A DNA stretch of 64,000 bases from Octopus vulgaris (taxonomy: Eukaryota). This document shows positions 62,014 to 64,000 of this stretch, piece by piece. Under the pieces are notes generated by a model. It ran no database searches. It saw only the letters and a program-made list of their open reading frames with translations, and was not told the origin of the DNA. Positions within the stretch are counted from its first letter, which is position 1; each line of letters begins with the position of its first letter. A program made the position numbers and the translations under genes. The stretch is from contig OX597823.1 in assembly GCA_951406725.2 (NCBI GenBank), forward strand, positions 52,824,001-52,888,000. The letters run 5' to 3'.

Positions 62014-62803
62014 TGGCACAGGATTAGCTGAGTGATAAAAAGCTTGTTTCCCAACCCCATGGATTCGGATTCAGTTCCACTGCATGGCACCTCGAGCAAG
62101 TGTCTTCAACTATAGCCTCAGGCCGACCAAAGTCTTGTGAATGGATTTGGTAGACGGAAACTGAAAGATGTATGTCTATGAATATGTATGTGTGTCTTTG
62201 TGTCTGTGTTTGTCCACCATCACTGATTGACAACGGTGTTGGGGTGCTTACGACCCCGTAACTTAGTGGCTCGACAAAAGAGACTGATAGAATAAGTATC
62301 AGGCTTAAAAAAGAAAAGTACTGAGAAGATTCATTCGACTAGAAATTCTTGAAGGCGATACCCCAGCTTGGACGCAGTCTAATGACTAAATACGAAAAAA
62401 GATGTAATTGATACTACAAGATCTAATTTTTTTCAATCTTTCACCCCTGAATATCTTTTTTCTCTTTTTTTCCAGTCGATTCACGAAGAAAATGCAACGC
62501 TGACTGCGGTGGTATTTGGAATCAGAAGACAGAAATCCGTATAAAGGCATCCTGTCGGATGCGTTAACGCCTCTGTCAATTTGCCACCCTGTATCTCTTT
62601 ACTCTTTTACTTGCTTCAGTCATTTGACTGTGGCCACGCTGGAGCACCGCCTTTAGTCGAGCAAATCGACCCCAGGACTTATTCTTTGGAAGCCTAGTAC
62701 TTATTCTATCGGTGTCTTTTGCCGTACCGCTAAGTTACGGAGATGTAAACACACCAGCATCGGTTGTGAAGCGATGTTGGGGGGGGGACAAACATATACA
62801 CAC

Positions 62804-62848
<45 letters not shown>

Positions 62849-63006
62849 CATTCGACGGGCTTCTTTCAGTTTCCCTCTATCAAATCCATTCGCAAAGCTT
62901 TGGTCGGCCCGAGGCTATAGTAGAAGACACTTGCCCAAGGTGCCACGCAGCCGGAATGAACCCGGAACAATGTGGTTCGTAGCAAGCTACTTACCACACA
63001 GCCATG
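62014..63006. mobile_element. Family A SINEs at 62014-62400(+) and 62595-63006(-), with a decayed family M piece between
   Basis: Consensus motifs. Confidence 0.87.
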
Positions 63007-63209
63007 TCTACTTTTCACATAGACAGTTATCTTCTGTTCATTGTGCGTGTCTTCGTTTTCTTCGTTTAAATGCATCGATTTGAATGTCTACATATCTATT
63101 GAAACGATGGTATGTACACGTTTGTCTACGAATTCTCTTGAAGTGTTTTTTATGGGTATGCGTGCGCCTGTGTGCTAGCATATTTATTTGAACTCTAAGT
63201 TATGCATGC

Positions 63210-63331
<122 letters not shown>

Positions 63332-64000
63332 CATGCCTGAAAATGTCTGTGTGCTCGTTGAGATATATGCCTGTATACGTTTATATGTCCCCTGGGACTC
63401 ATGCTGGCAGTTGATATGTTAATTTATTAAAGATCACTTTAACTTTATAACTAATTAGGCGCTAAATATTATATGAAGGGAAAATAGAAAGTGAAAAGGT
63501 AAAGGAAATCTGTGTTCTGTTGGGATTTCATTTTGCCTCTATTTGGATGTTGTTAAGTTGTAAGCATTTACCTACACGTCTTTAATAAAAACATATGGAT
63601 GAAAAAAAAAAACAACTCAGATCTCCTCGATATAAGTATTAGAGCCAACGTTTAGAAATTTCGAACGTAATTAGAAAATGCATTTTAAAGTTGCTGCATG
63701 ATAAGCTCCGCACCATCGACGGAGGAGTTTATAGTAACGACGGTTTATTAATTTTTAGACATAAAAAAACAGGGAGTAGAAAGACATAACCAAATTAGTC
63801 AATGGCTTGAGCCTAAAGGGTACAGTAATCAATAACATCAAGTGCTAACTTTTTTGATGTACCATCCAAACTTTCTAAGAAAAATTTCGAAATGACTATT
63901 AAAACAAACAACTAAATCTTGTATTGAGAGAATGATTCAAACTACTCACCGCATGTTCAAGATATCAATTTGCTGTTTAGCGCGCAACTGGTAACATGTA

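Overview
AT-rich, microsatellite-dense eukaryotic non-coding DNA. The repeat repertoire looks like a coleoid cephalopod, probably Octopus (inference from recalled repeat families). I found no supportable host protein-coding exon; almost all ORF-track entries are microsatellite or SINE read-through. Contents: (i) dozens of copies of at least 5 modular tRNA-derived SINE families, labelled A, B, C, F and M here, plus RTE-related and (CAA)n-tailed repeats; (ii) a near-complete but decayed R4/Dong-type RLE non-LTR retrotransposon (35.0-38.45 kb) and two 3' fragments; (iii) Tx1/L1-, CR1- and RTE-like LINE fragments; (iv) a Penelope-like GIY-YIG fragment between inverted repeats; (v) hAT and TTAA-type MITEs; (vi) a tRNA-Leu 3'-half. 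Three signals stand out. First, several unrelated short cassettes, mostly inside (AT)n or next to (TAA)n, carry minimal hammerhead ribozyme folds with a palindromic stem III. One of these is a tRNA-headed, hammerhead-tailed element in a head-to-head palindrome (60.1-60.7 kb). Second, fold-back inverted duplications recur at the same CTATAGC site of SINE family A. Third, a SINE has a tail matching a Tx1-like LINE 3' end and appears to multimerise by inserting into its own GGTA site. All alignments were done by eye, so boundaries of decayed elements are approximate.
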